From an uncultured Acidobacteriaceae bacterium (GTDB lineage Bacteria; Acidobacteriota; Terriglobia; Terriglobales; Acidobacteriaceae), in contig CAZLZA010000016.1 in NCBI GenBank assembly GCA_964563875.1, positions 2,518 through 66,517 of the forward strand: a stretch of 64,000 nt of DNA, given 5' to 3'. Shown piece by piece: positions 43,532-53,435 of this stretch. The notes below the pieces were generated by a model. That model had not been told where the DNA came from. It searched no databases and worked only from the letters and a program-made list of their open reading frames with translations. The stretch's first letter is position 1; every line of letters starts with the position of its first letter. A program made the position numbers and the translations under genes.

Positions 43532-43647
43532 ATTCTCGTCCGACCGTAAACTGCCATCCATCTCTCCCGTCAGGGAGATTTCCTGTATCAATTCCATAAA
43601 CCTGTCCGTTAAAATCGATTTCCGGCCCCCGATTAGGATCAACCTGC

Positions 43648-44886
43648 ATGCCCGGTAACGAGGAACGAACTCAGCGAGAGCAGATGGCAGACATTCGCGA
43701 GCGTGGTTTTTCTGACCGCGCCCCGTTCGATAAAGCTACGAGCTGGATAGACGCCCACGGCGCCAAGCTGCTGGCGGAAGAAATCGCCGTCTCCGAAGCT
43801 GCCGGCCGCGTTCTCGCCGAGCCCATCGCAGCGGCCTGCGCGATTCCGCCCGCCGACCGCGCCTCCTCCGACGGCTATGCCGTTCGTTCCGACGACACGG
43901 TAGGGGCCGGGGATTACAACCCGCTCGCCCTCGCCCTTTGCGATTGCGACAATGAGTTACCTCCGGCTGCCGCCGCCCCGATCGCGACTGGAGCGTCTCT
44001 GCCCCGAGGGGCCGATGCCATTCTGCCCTTCGAATCGGCGCGTGCGAATAACTCCGTCCTCGAGGTCTTCAGCGCGGTCGCTCAGGGCCGGGGAGTCGAA
44101 CGCAAGGGACAGCAACTCCAGGCAGGCGCAGCGCTTCTCGATCGTGCAAGAACGCTTCTGCCACAGGATATTGGCCTTATCGCCTCGCTCGGAATCGAGC
44201 GTGTGCAGGTGATTCGTCGTCCCCGCGTCCGGCTGATCGTCAGCCGTCCCAAATCTTCTGGCAAACTCGGTCCGCTGGAGGATGCCAACAGCCCCATGCT
44301 GAGCGCGCTGGTGGCCCGAGACGGTGGAATCGTCGAGTCGATGATCCTGGGTACAGGCCAGCGTGCCGCGATTACCCAGGCACTGGCCGCTCCCGGAGCG
44401 GATTTGATTCTCGTCGCTGGCCGCACCGGAACCGGCTGGGACGACGAAGCCCCGCTGGCCGTTGCTGAATCCGGCGAGCTGGCAATTCACGGCATCGCTC
44501 TCCGGCCGGGTGGCTCTGCCGGAATGGGCATGGTAGGTACCGCGCCGGTGCTTCTACTGCCGGGCGATCCGCTCGACTGCTTTTGCGCTTATGAGGTGCT
44601 CGCAGGCCGAATGGTCCGGCGGCTGGCTGGCCGCAGCCCTGAGCTCCCTTATGCGGTGCGGGAGGCCGAGGTCGGACGCAAGATCGTCTCCGCCATCGGT
44701 ATTGTCGACCTCTACCGGGTCTCTCTGGTCAACGGACGCGCCGAAGCCATCGGGTCGGCGGAATCCGGCGGTCTCGCGTCGACTCTCCGGGCTGACGGCT
44801 TCGTGATCGTGCCGGCTCCTCTTGAGGGATATGCCCCCGGAGTCCGCATTCCCGTACACATTTACAGAACCGCTGGTACCGACTAA
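43648..44886 (+). CDS. moeA: Molybdopterin molybdotransferase MoeA
   Basis: MoeA_N (SSDGYAVRSDD, ATGASLPRGADAI), MoCF domain (DLILVAGRTGTG) and MoeA_C. An alternative start is Met at 43684. Confidence 0.85.
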   Translation: MPGNEERTQREQMADIRERGFSDRAPFDKATSWIDAHGAKLLAEEIAVSEAAGRVLAEPIAAACAIPPADRASSDGYAVRSDDTVGAGDYNPLALALCDCDNELPPAAAAPIATGASLPRGADAILPFESARANNSVLEVFSAVAQGRGVERKGQQLQAGAALLDRARTLLPQDIGLIASLGIERVQVIRRPRVRLIVSRPKSSGKLGPLEDANSPMLSALVARDGGIVESMILGTGQRAAITQALAAPGADLILVAGRTGTGWDDEAPLAVAESGELAIHGIALRPGGSAGMGMVGTAPVLLLPGDPLDCFCAYEVLAGRMVRRLAGRSPELPYAVREAEVGRKIVSAIGIVDLYRVSLVNGRAEAIGSAESGGLASTLRADGFVIVPAPLEGYAPGVRIPVHIYRTAGTD

Positions 44887-44929
44887 ATACGACAAGTGGA
44901 ATGCTCGCAGTGGGGTTGAGGAGTTCAGC

Positions 44930-46912
44930 ATGGCAACCGGAGAGTTGATAAAAGCAACGCTGCTCAGGGCGGCAAAACAGCGGCAGTTCCTTGAAGTGAT
45001 CGACCGCGACGAGGCGGAAATGCGCTTCCGCCGCCACCTCCGTTTAGCGCCGCTCGGTGAGGAAACCATCCCCTTGTCGCAGGCTCTGGGACGCGTCCTG
45101 GCCCAGGACATTCTCGCCAATGTCGATGTCCCTGGCTTCGACCGGTCGAGCGTCGACGGATTTGCCGTGCGTGCCGCCGATACTGCTGGGGCCTCCGACG
45201 ATCTGCCGCGCTTGCTGCGGCTCAATTCTGAAATCCTGACCCCCGGTGTGCAGCCGAAAGTTGCCGTCGTCGACGGTACTGCCACCATCGTTGCCACCGG
45301 AGGAATGGTGCCGCGCGGAGCCGACGCCGTCCTCATGATTGAATATACCGACGTGCGCGACGAGGGCGGCGAATTGCTCATCGAAGTGCATCGTCCGGTA
45401 GCGCCCGGGGAAGCCGTAGCCGCCGCCGGTGGAGACATCGCGCGCGGCGAAACCGTGCTGCGCGTGGGACAAGTGCTGACTTCGCGGGAGATTGGCTCGC
45501 TGGCGGCCATCGGCATGGCGGAGATTTCCGTATGGCGCAAGCCGCGCGTCGCCATCTTCTCCACCGGAGACGAACTGGTCGCTCCCGGTCAGCCTGCCCG
45601 TGCTGGATCTGTCTTCGACTCCAACGGCGCAATCCTGGCCGCCGCGGTGGAGGAGTTGGGCGGCGTTCCAGTTCCGCTCGGCATCGGCCGCGACAACGAA
45701 GAAACCCTGTCGGCCCTCCTCCGCCAAGGGCTGGAAAGCGACATGGTATTGCTCTCCGGCGGAACTTCCAAGGGCGCTGGCGATCTGGCTTATCAGGTGG
45801 TGAGCCACCTTTCCAACCCCGGCATTCTGGTGCACGGAGTCGCCCTCAAACCCGGCAAGCCAATCTGCCTGGCGGTCACGGACGGCAAGCCTGTGGTCAT
45901 TCTGCCGGGTTTCCCCACCTCCGCGATCTTTACTTTTCACGAATTCGTCGCGCCGGTGATCCGTGCCTTTGCCGGGCTGCCCGCCGAGCGCCGTGAAACC
46001 GTGCCGGCAACTCTACCGATGCGCATTGGCTCCGACCGTGGACGAACCGAATACGTCATGGTTTCGCTGGTGCAGAACGGAGACGGCGGACTCACCGCTT
46101 ACCCTACGCCCAAGGGCTCCGGTTCGGTAACCGCGTTCAGTCACGCGGATGGCTTCTTCTCCATCGCCGCGCAGACCGAAACCGTCCCGGCGGGAAGCGG
46201 CGTCGATGTTTCCATCATCGGCGCAAAACACAAGATCGCGGATCTGGTCTTCGTGGGCAGCCATTGTGCCGGTTTGGACATGCTGATCGGCCGCCTCACC
46301 CGGGAAGGCATTTCCGTAAAAGCGCTCAATGTCGGGAGCACCGGGGGCTTTGTGGCCGCGAAGCGGGGCGAGTGCGACATCGCGGGAGTTCATCTGATGG
46401 AGCCTTCCAGCGGCGAGTACAATCGGCCATTCTTGACCGAAGACCTTGTCCTCATCCCCGGCTATGGCCGCCTGCAAGGAATCCTTTTCCGTCCGGGCGA
46501 CAAGCGTTTCGAGGGCCGCTCCGCCGAAGCGGCGGTCGCCGAAGTCCTAAAGGATCCTACCTGCCTGATGATTAATCGCAACGCCGGAAGCGGAACCCGG
46601 ATTCTGATCGACCGCCTGCTTGAGGGAGACCGTCCCGCCGGTTATGCCAACCAGGCGAAGACCCATAATGCCGTTGCCGCCGCCATCGTGCAGGAACGGG
46701 CCGACTGGGGCGTAGCCATCGTGACCGTGGCCCGGCAATACGGTCTCGGCTTCCTTCCGCTGCAGGCCGAACAGTATGACTTTGTGGTGCCGAAGAATCG
46801 TCTCGCCCGGCCGCCTGTCCAGCGCTTCGCAGAACTCCTGAGGGAGCCGTCGGTTAGAGCTTCATTGGAGCAGCTCGGCTTCACCCCCGCGGAAGATCCC
46901 GGCCGTCGCTGA
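44930..46912 (+). CDS. MoeA fused to a C-terminal periplasmic-binding-protein-like (PBP/ModA-LysR-substrate-type) domain
   Basis: MoeA motifs (SSVDGFAVRAADT, ATGGMVPRGADAV, MVLLSGGTSKGAGD, LPGFPTSA). A further ~260 aa follow (VFVGSHCAGLD...VHLMEPSSGEYN...LINRNAGSGTR) resembling a type-2 PBP fold. I chose the start at 44930 (GAGGAG upstream). The ORF is open from 44822 but would overlap moeA. Confidence 0.8.
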   Translation: MATGELIKATLLRAAKQRQFLEVIDRDEAEMRFRRHLRLAPLGEETIPLSQALGRVLAQDILANVDVPGFDRSSVDGFAVRAADTAGASDDLPRLLRLNSEILTPGVQPKVAVVDGTATIVATGGMVPRGADAVLMIEYTDVRDEGGELLIEVHRPVAPGEAVAAAGGDIARGETVLRVGQVLTSREIGSLAAIGMAEISVWRKPRVAIFSTGDELVAPGQPARAGSVFDSNGAILAAAVEELGGVPVPLGIGRDNEETLSALLRQGLESDMVLLSGGTSKGAGDLAYQVVSHLSNPGILVHGVALKPGKPICLAVTDGKPVVILPGFPTSAIFTFHEFVAPVIRAFAGLPAERRETVPATLPMRIGSDRGRTEYVMVSLVQNGDGGLTAYPTPKGSGSVTAFSHADGFFSIAAQTETVPAGSGVDVSIIGAKHKIADLVFVGSHCAGLDMLIGRLTREGISVKALNVGSTGGFVAAKRGECDIAGVHLMEPSSGEYNRPFLTEDLVLIPGYGRLQGILFRPGDKRFEGRSAEAAVAEVLKDPTCLMINRNAGSGTRILIDRLLEGDRPAGYANQAKTHNAVAAAIVQERADWGVAIVTVARQYGLGFLPLQAEQYDFVVPKNRLARPPVQRFAELLREPSVRASLEQLGFTPAEDPGRR

Positions 46913-46924
46913 GTCGCTATCGGT

Positions 46925-47338
46925 TCAGCTTGCTTTGCGACGCGCCGCCTGGGTCTTCTTGTCCTGCTTTTGGTCTTCGTGCGCGATCAGCAAGGCTTCC
47001 ACCTGCCGTAGTAGATCTTCCGTCCCTACGGGCTTCACCAGCAGTGACTGTGCCCCGGCGGCACGCCAGTCGCTGCCCAGCGCCGGGTAGGCGGTCAAGA
47101 TGGCAGTCGCCGGATCATATTCCTGAAGCCTCGCCGCCCGAAGAACGTCGTATCCCGCCCTGTCCGTCTCCATCTTCATGTCGGTGATGACCATGTGATA
47201 CGGGCCATCCGCAAGTTTCGCAATACCCTCACGGGCTGATCCGGCAGTGTCTACATCAAAATCATGCATTTCGAGAATTGCCTTCAACGTGAGCAGGATT
47301 CTAATCTCGTCATCGACCAACAATATGCGCCGCTTCAT
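46925..47338 (-). CDS. Stand-alone response regulator receiver protein
   Basis: ILLVDDE ... MVITDMKM ... receiver-domain Asp pattern. 137 aa, no output domain. Confidence 0.85.
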   Translation of the reverse strand: MKRRILLVDDEIRILLTLKAILEMHDFDVDTAGSAREGIAKLADGPYHMVITDMKMETDRAGYDVLRAARLQEYDPATAILTAYPALGSDWRAAGAQSLLVKPVGTEDLLRQVEALLIAHEDQKQDKKTQAARRKAS

Positions 47339-47614
47339 GCTTCCCTCCCAACGATCCGCCGCAACTGGCGCGGCTGCGTTTCAACCTCGCGTTGAGTGTT
47401 CGTACTTAATCGCAACCTTGCTGTCACCTGCCGGCAAAGACAAAGTTTTGCTGCTGCCTGACATCGTCTTGGAGGCTTGGATGTCGAACTTTACGTCGCG
47501 GATTTCTCCTAAATGCGGCTCAGGCCGGGTGCCCACAGGACAACCGGTCGATCCCAGAACTGCATCTCACTTGCAACAAGTAATTCACGCCTCTCAACTA
47601 GCAGCCGCGATTCT

Positions 47615-49510
47615 ATGAACAACCGGCACAATCGACATATTCCCCACTCCATCAATCGCGAAGAAGACGCCCGTCGGCTGTTGGAGAGCAGCTTCGATGG
47701 AATCTGGGCCATCGACTCCGAACTGCGCACCAGCTTCGTGAATACTCGCATGGCTGAGATGCTCGGCTACTCTCCGCAGGAGATGCTCGGCCGCAGTCTA
47801 TATGATTTTCTCTTTCCCGAGGATATTCCGGCAGAACGGGATGCGATTAACCGGCGAAGGAGCGGGGTCGCCGAGGAATTTGAACTCAGGTATCGCCGCA
47901 AGGATGGTTCCGCGCTCTGGGCGCGGATTGCCACTGCACCGATCCTCGCCGCTGATGGAACCTTCCAGGGAGCAGTCGCGATTCACAGCGACACCGCGCG
48001 CCGCCAGCACATGGAACATGCGCTCCGGGATCGCGAGCGGGAATTGCGCGAGGCAGAGCGCCTTGCGGGCATCGGAAGTTGGCAGTGGATTTCCGACACC
48101 GATACCGTCGTCTGGTCCGAGGGGCTTTACCGTATCGCAGGTCGCGAGGCAGATTTGCGCCCTATTCGCTACCGCGAGTATCCCCGGCTATTCACTCCCG
48201 GAAGTTGGTCGCGGTTGGATGTCGCGGTCCAGCAGGCGCGCTCCGACGGTGCCCCGTTCGAACTCGACCTGGAATTGCTCCGCCCCGATGGCAGCACCCG
48301 CTGGGTTATCGCCCGGGCCGAAACCTTGCACGACCACGACGGCGACATCGTCGGTTTGCGCGGCACGGTGCAAGACATCACCGAGCGCAAGCACGCCGAG
48401 GCAGCAACATCGCACCTCGCCGCGATCGTTGAATCCTCTGACGACGCGATTGTTTCGAAAGATCTCAGCGGCATCATTAAAAGCTGGAACACGGCCGCCA
48501 CACGGATGTTTGGCTACGCTCCTGAGGAGGTCATCGGCCGCTCCATTTTGGTTTTGATTCCCCCTGAACTGTATGCCGAAGAGGAGACGATTCTCAGGCG
48601 GTTACGCGCCGGAGAGCGCATCGATCACTTCGAAACCGAGCGGCTCCGCAAGGACGGCCAGCGGCTTCAAGTGTCCGTCACAATTTCGCCGGTTAGGGAT
48701 TCGAAGGGAAAAATTATCGGCGCCTCCAAGATCGCCCGCGACATTCGCGACCGTAAACGTGCCGAACAGGCGCTGCTCACCAGCGAGAAGCTGGCAACCG
48801 CCGGCCGTCTGGCCGCCACCGTGGCGCATGAGATCAACAATCCCCTGGAGTCAGTCATTAACCTGGTGTATCTCGCCAAGCGCGCCGAAACCGATGCCGT
48901 GATTCAGACCTACCTCGTCACGGCCGAGGAGGAGTTGAATCGCATCGCCCATCTCGCCAAACAAACCCTCGGCTTTTATCGCGAGCGGTCGGAGAAGACC
49001 CGGGTGCATGTTGGCGACCTCCTGCGTCAGTTGGTCGCGGTCTTTTCGTCGCGGGCACAGAACAAGGGATTGCGTATCGACCTTAAAATAGTAAGCAATG
49101 CAGAGATTGTGGTGGACTGTACCGAGTTCCGGCAACTGTTCGCCAATCTAATCAGCAATGCCATCGACGCGTGCGAACGCGGAGGCCTTATCCGGGTGCG
49201 CGCCGCAGTCACGGGAAGCGCCCCGGGGTCGACTGAAGGATTGCGCGTTACGGTGGCCGACAACGGTTCGGGAATCAAACCTGCCGACCGGCCGCACATC
49301 TTCGATGCATTCTTCACTACCAAGCAGGATGTCGGAACCGGGCTCGGACTCTGGATATGCAAACAGATCGCGGAAAAGTCCGGCGGCACGATCCGCGTCC
49401 GTAGTGTTGCCGAGCCAGGGCGAAGTTGGACCGCGGTATCGGTATTCTTGCCCGTGACGGTCTCAGTGCGTCCACCCGGCGTGCTCCGGTCACTCAAAAA
49501 AGTTGTGTAG
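47615..49510 (+). CDS. PAS-domain sensor histidine kinase (three PAS/PAC repeats, cytoplasmic)
   Basis: Three PAS-like repeats (FVNTRMAEMLGYSPQEMLG; WQWISDTDTVVWSEGLYRI; KSWNTAATRMFGYAPEEVIG). H-box TVAHEINNPLES. G-boxes DNGSGI and GTGLGLWI. I chose the start at Met 47615. The ORF is open from 47513. Confidence 0.85.
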   Translation: MNNRHNRHIPHSINREEDARRLLESSFDGIWAIDSELRTSFVNTRMAEMLGYSPQEMLGRSLYDFLFPEDIPAERDAINRRRSGVAEEFELRYRRKDGSALWARIATAPILAADGTFQGAVAIHSDTARRQHMEHALRDRERELREAERLAGIGSWQWISDTDTVVWSEGLYRIAGREADLRPIRYREYPRLFTPGSWSRLDVAVQQARSDGAPFELDLELLRPDGSTRWVIARAETLHDHDGDIVGLRGTVQDITERKHAEAATSHLAAIVESSDDAIVSKDLSGIIKSWNTAATRMFGYAPEEVIGRSILVLIPPELYAEEETILRRLRAGERIDHFETERLRKDGQRLQVSVTISPVRDSKGKIIGASKIARDIRDRKRAEQALLTSEKLATAGRLAATVAHEINNPLESVINLVYLAKRAETDAVIQTYLVTAEEELNRIAHLAKQTLGFYRERSEKTRVHVGDLLRQLVAVFSSRAQNKGLRIDLKIVSNAEIVVDCTEFRQLFANLISNAIDACERGGLIRVRAAVTGSAPGSTEGLRVTVADNGSGIKPADRPHIFDAFFTTKQDVGTGLGLWICKQIAEKSGGTIRVRSVAEPGRSWTAVSVFLPVTVSVRPPGVLRSLKKVV

Positions 49511-49542
49511 TCACCCTCTCGGAAACATTCGCTGGCTCGCTT

Positions 49543-49884
49543 TCAGTGACCCACCCCGATCGCCCCTAACGCCTGCCTGACCCTGGAGGTGCTTTCGGCG
49601 CGCGGAGATTTCGCCGGAGCCTTAGGCCCAACCGCCAGAGGGCGCAGAACGATGATCAGGAGCACGAAACCTAAGAAGCCCAACATGCTGGTTAGACGAG
49701 CAGCATACGAGAACGTTATCAGGCGCACAGAAGAAAGTTGCTGAGGTTGGCTGGAACCTCGTATCCTGGCTGCGGTAATCGGAACGCGGGAGGTGTATCC
49801 GCCGGGCATTTTCCCGGCGAAGATAACGACGGACTCACCAGTCCTCAAAGTGCTCTGCCAGCACGAAAGTCGCCCGCGTTTCAA
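49543..49884 (-). CDS. Possible small membrane protein; weak call
   Basis: ORF directly downstream of panE on the same strand. Only the C-terminal 47 aa (from Met at 49686: MLGFLGFVLLIIVLRPLA...) look protein-like. Confidence 0.25.
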   Translation of the reverse strand: MKRGRLSCWQSTLRTGESVVIFAGKMPGGYTSRVPITAARIRGSSQPQQLSSVRLITFSYAARLTSMLGFLGFVLLIIVLRPLAVGPKAPAKSPRAESTSRVRQALGAIGVGH

Positions 49885-49888
49885 ATGT

Positions 49889-50821
49889 TCAACTCTGGGA
49901 CTCTCTCATCCGGCGGGCTTCGTAGGCCTTTAGGTTCGCATAGACCACGCGCAGCAGTGGGCTGGCGAGTGCCTGCCCCTCCCCTCGGCGCAATAGATCG
50001 CCAATCATGTGTTCGGCTTCAATCGGTGCGTGGCGCTCCATGTCACGAAACATCGATGCCACCAGCGGCGAGTTCGCCGCCGTCAGCACGGCGCGACTCT
50101 GCTGCATAGAGGCCGCACGGGGCGGGAAGCCCTCGCCTGCCGCGATTGCGGCACACTCGTCCAGCAGGGTCGCGGCAAGGTCGGCGGCGCCCGCCGTCAC
50201 GATGTCGCCGATGCTGGCGCGCATCAGGCAGGTAATTCCCGCGCAGGCCGCGATGAACACCCACTTCTCCCACATCTCCTGCAGAATTATTTCGCTCAGG
50301 TGCGACTCGAAGCGGGCGCCGGCAAACGCCGCTTCAATGGCCTCGGCCCGCGCGCTGCGTGAACCATCGCGCTCGCCGAAGACAAGGCTGTCGAGCCGGT
50401 TGAGGTGCAGCACCCGGCCGCCCGGTGCGAGCACGCTCGAAATCATGCACAGTCCGCCAAGCACCCGTGCCGCCCCAAAGCGCTGGTCGAGAACATCCAG
50501 ATGCCTCATCCCGTTCAGCAACGGGAGGATCGCCGTGCTGGCTCTCACAGCGGGCGCAAACGAAGTGATCGCGCTCTCCAGGTCATAGGCCTTGCAGCTC
50601 AGCATGATGAGATCGAAGCTGGCGTGGAGATCTTCCGCCAGAACCGTGGGCGGTTGCGGAATCCTCACATCGCCGTTGGGGCTCTGCACTTCCAGCCCCG
50701 AGTTCGCCAATTCCGCAGCGCGCCGGGGACGCACCAGGAAGGTCACATCCTGCTTCGCCTCCAGTAATCGGCCGCCGAAATAGCCGCCGATAGCTCCCGC
50801 CCCGACCACGAGAATGCGCAT
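49889..50821 (-). CDS. panE: 2-dehydropantoate 2-reductase (ApbA/PanE family)
   Basis: MRILVVGAGAIGGYFGGRL Rossmann start with AAGGAG 5 nt upstream. ApbA-type C-terminal domain. Confidence 0.8.
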   Translation of the reverse strand: MRILVVGAGAIGGYFGGRLLEAKQDVTFLVRPRRAAELANSGLEVQSPNGDVRIPQPPTVLAEDLHASFDLIMLSCKAYDLESAITSFAPAVRASTAILPLLNGMRHLDVLDQRFGAARVLGGLCMISSVLAPGGRVLHLNRLDSLVFGERDGSRSARAEAIEAAFAGARFESHLSEIILQEMWEKWVFIAACAGITCLMRASIGDIVTAGAADLAATLLDECAAIAAGEGFPPRAASMQQSRAVLTAANSPLVASMFRDMERHAPIEAEHMIGDLLRRGEGQALASPLLRVVYANLKAYEARRMRESQS

Positions 50822-50903
50822 CTCCACTCCTTGCGTCCCAGCCAAACTTTTATGATGGCCCGCAAATCAGTAAAGTTTCATCCTTCACCGCAGGCCCAAT
50901 CAG

Positions 50904-51644
50904 CTAGACCTGCACGTGAAACAATTTGTCCAGCACAAAGAGCATGGCAACTCCGACGAACAGCAGCAGCGGCATGCGGATGCCACGTTCGCGATTGACT
51001 TCCGGCACAATGTCGGAGGCGGCGACATAGATTGTGACTCCGGCGGAGACGGGCAGGCCGATGGCTACGCCGTGCCGAATCACCACCATCGTGAGCACCC
51101 CCAGCAGAGTTCCGAAGCCGAGCACGATCGACGCGCCAAAGGCCTTTGCAGCGCTGCGTCCGCCCGCCAGCATCACCGACGAAACCGTGAAGCCCTCGGG
51201 AATCTTATGCAGGAAGATCGCCAGGAAGACGATCCATCCCAGCCAGTTTGAGACCATGAAGCCGGACGCGATTGCGATGCCATCAAAAAACGCATGAATC
51301 GCCAACCCGAGCAGCACGGTCGTGCTCCGGTGATGATCCACAAACTCGTCATGGTGCGTTTCCTCACCAAAATGGAAATGGCCGGTCACCACGTGCTCGC
51401 AGAAGTGAATGATCAGATAACCGAGCAGCACCAGGAAGCCCGCGTGCTCTCCGCCTTCCATGGTGACGCTGGCGGGCACCATCTCGGTGATCGACGTGGC
51501 GAGCATAAAGCCCGCGCCCAGGGCCATGAAGTACTTGAGATAGCGCTGCTCCCACTCGCGACGGGCCAGCAGCGCACCACCGGCGATATTGGCCGCTCCG
51601 GCGGTAAAGCCGAGAAGAACGCTCAGTGTGATCGGAGTCATCAC
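50904..51644 (-). CDS. ZIP-family divalent metal transporter (ZupT-like)
   Basis: Polytopic. His-rich loop (HFHFGEETHHDEFVDHH) and the LHKIPEGF motif (ZIP signature HNxPEG). GTG at 51644 or ATG at 51641. It abuts the ychF stop. Confidence 0.82.
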   Translation of the reverse strand: MMTPITLSVLLGFTAGAANIAGGALLARREWEQRYLKYFMALGAGFMLATSITEMVPASVTMEGGEHAGFLVLLGYLIIHFCEHVVTGHFHFGEETHHDEFVDHHRSTTVLLGLAIHAFFDGIAIASGFMVSNWLGWIVFLAIFLHKIPEGFTVSSVMLAGGRSAAKAFGASIVLGFGTLLGVLTMVVIRHGVAIGLPVSAGVTIYVAASDIVPEVNRERGIRMPLLLFVGVAMLFVLDKLFHVQV

Positions 51645-52730
51645 TTAGCCGCTGTGCCGGATGTGGAGAATGTCGCCGTCCTGCACGATGTATTCCTTGC
51701 CCTCCAGCCGCAACTTACCGGCAGCCCGCGCGGCCGCCTCTGAGCCGAGTTCGAGCAACGCATCCCAGCGAATCGTCTCGGCGCGGATGAAGTGCTTCTG
51801 CAGATCGGTGTGAATCGCTCCGGCGGCGTCCTGCGCCCGGGTGTTCTTTTCGATGGTCCAGGCACGGCACTCGTCTTCGCCCACGGTGAAAAACGAGATC
51901 AGTCCGAGTAGTTCGTAGCTCTTGCGGATGAGCCGCGTCAGGCCGCTCTCGGTCAGTCCATAGCTGCCTAAAAATTCGGCGGCTTCTTCGTCGCTCATGT
52001 CCGCCAGTTCCGCTTCCACCTTGCCGCAGATCGCGCTAACGCCCGTGTTCGGCTTGTTAGCGTAGGCGGTGAGGCCATACTTTTCCACCGCTGCATCCAG
52101 GTCGACGCCCAGCGTCGTGCTCTCGCTGATGTTGAGAACGTAGAGGATCGGCTTCTCCGAGAGGAACATGAAGCCGCGAATGACCTTTTTCTCCTCCTTC
52201 GTCATCTCCATCTCGCGCAGCGGGCGTTCGCTTTCCAGGAAAATTTTAGTGCGCTGCAGCAGTTCATTTTCCTTTTCCAGCTCAGGAGTTTTCTTCTTGA
52301 GCAGATCCTTCTTCATGCGCTCCAGACGTGCTTCCACTTGTCCAAGGTCGCTCACCATCAAGTCGAACTCGACGTTGGAAATATCGCGGATCGCATCCAG
52401 CGTACCGCCAACGTGCGGAATGGAGTCGTCTTCAAAGACGCGCAGTACATGCACCAGCGCATCCACTCCGCGCAGGTTCGCCAGATATGCGGTCTCCTTC
52501 AGCGCCTCCTGCCCAATCGCGCCCACATCGGCGTACTCCACCTGAGCATGCACGAGTTTGCGCGGGTTGCATTGCGCTGCGAGCCGGTCCAGACGATCGT
52601 CGGGAACCGTGGCGATACCGATGTGCGCCTCGCGCGGATTAGAGCTGCGGTTAGAAATATCCGCTCGGGTAAGGATCTTGAACAGAGAGGTTTTGCCCAC
52701 CTGCGGCAGGCCAATAATTCCAGTCTTCAT
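51645..52730 (-). CDS. ychF: Redox-regulated ATPase YchF
   Basis: MKTGIIGLPQVGKTSLF (G1), DVGAIG, and a C-terminal TGS-like FIRAETI...GKEYIVQDGDILHIR. Confidence 0.9.
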   Translation of the reverse strand: MKTGIIGLPQVGKTSLFKILTRADISNRSSNPREAHIGIATVPDDRLDRLAAQCNPRKLVHAQVEYADVGAIGQEALKETAYLANLRGVDALVHVLRVFEDDSIPHVGGTLDAIRDISNVEFDLMVSDLGQVEARLERMKKDLLKKKTPELEKENELLQRTKIFLESERPLREMEMTKEEKKVIRGFMFLSEKPILYVLNISESTTLGVDLDAAVEKYGLTAYANKPNTGVSAICGKVEAELADMSDEEAAEFLGSYGLTESGLTRLIRKSYELLGLISFFTVGEDECRAWTIEKNTRAQDAAGAIHTDLQKHFIRAETIRWDALLELGSEAAARAAGKLRLEGKEYIVQDGDILHIRHSG

Positions 52731-52905
52731 ATTGATATTTATCGATTCCGTTTCACGCATCAGCGCCGGACTATTCCCGGCATAGACTCGCGCGACTACG
52801 ACATGTCCTCATCCATGATAAACGAGAGCAGCGATTGAGGAGCGCAGGTGAGAAAAACCCGGTACCGGATCGTCGCAGTCCAGGATAGTGCCAAGGCATT
52901 GCCCC

Positions 52906-53406
52906 CTAGCTCCGGTAATATCGTCGCTCGCTCGACTCCTGCTCCCGCACAACCAGATAGAGCAGCACCAGGCCGCAGAAGAACACCGATCCTTCCAGCC
53001 GCTCGGACCAGACATGCAAACGATTGAACTCGACCCGCCGTGTATCCTGCGGGGGAATCACGTCGATCACACCCATCTCGGTTTTCAGATTATTCATGCG
53101 GCGCTCAATTCCAAAGTGCGCGGTCAGCGTGATTGCCATCATCAGCACCAGCAGAAGATCGCGGCCATGAAACGGCGATGGCCCTCCTTCGATCATCGCC
53201 AGCAGAACCGAACACAGTAGAAAAATCAACCCGCAGACAATCCCGATCCAGTGCAAATTAGCCAGTGAACGGCTGACCACCATTCCAGCAAGGGTGCGCG
53301 ACGGCAGCACGGCAAACGCCGTCGGCGCCACCACGGCTGCAAAATAAAAGATCGAACCGATCCACAGAGCGAGCACAAGCATCTTGATGAAGCGCAGAAT
53401 CGACAA
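52906..53406 (-). CDS. Four-TM membrane protein (DUF4149/TMEM205-like, from memory)
   Basis: 166-aa ORF with hydrophobic segments and a WIGSIFYFAAVVAPTAF N-terminal helix. Confidence 0.6.
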   Translation of the reverse strand: MSILRFIKMLVLALWIGSIFYFAAVVAPTAFAVLPSRTLAGMVVSRSLANLHWIGIVCGLIFLLCSVLLAMIEGGPSPFHGRDLLLVLMMAITLTAHFGIERRMNNLKTEMGVIDVIPPQDTRRVEFNRLHVWSERLEGSVFFCGLVLLYLVVREQESSERRYYRS

Positions 53407-53435
53407 AATCGGACCTCCTGAAAACGGCAGGATTG

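Noticed and set aside
42493-43647. Moco riboswitch upstream of modA or moeA (I also looked in 26154-26415 and 27442-27521)
   Set aside because: I could not find the conserved Moco-motif core as I remember it. The hairpins present look like simple stem-loops. An Infernal scan with the Rfam Moco model would settle this.
44554-45940. 336-aa and 298-aa minus-strand ORFs
   Set aside because: Antisense to the two MoeA genes. Ser/Arg/Ala/Pro-rich shadow translations.
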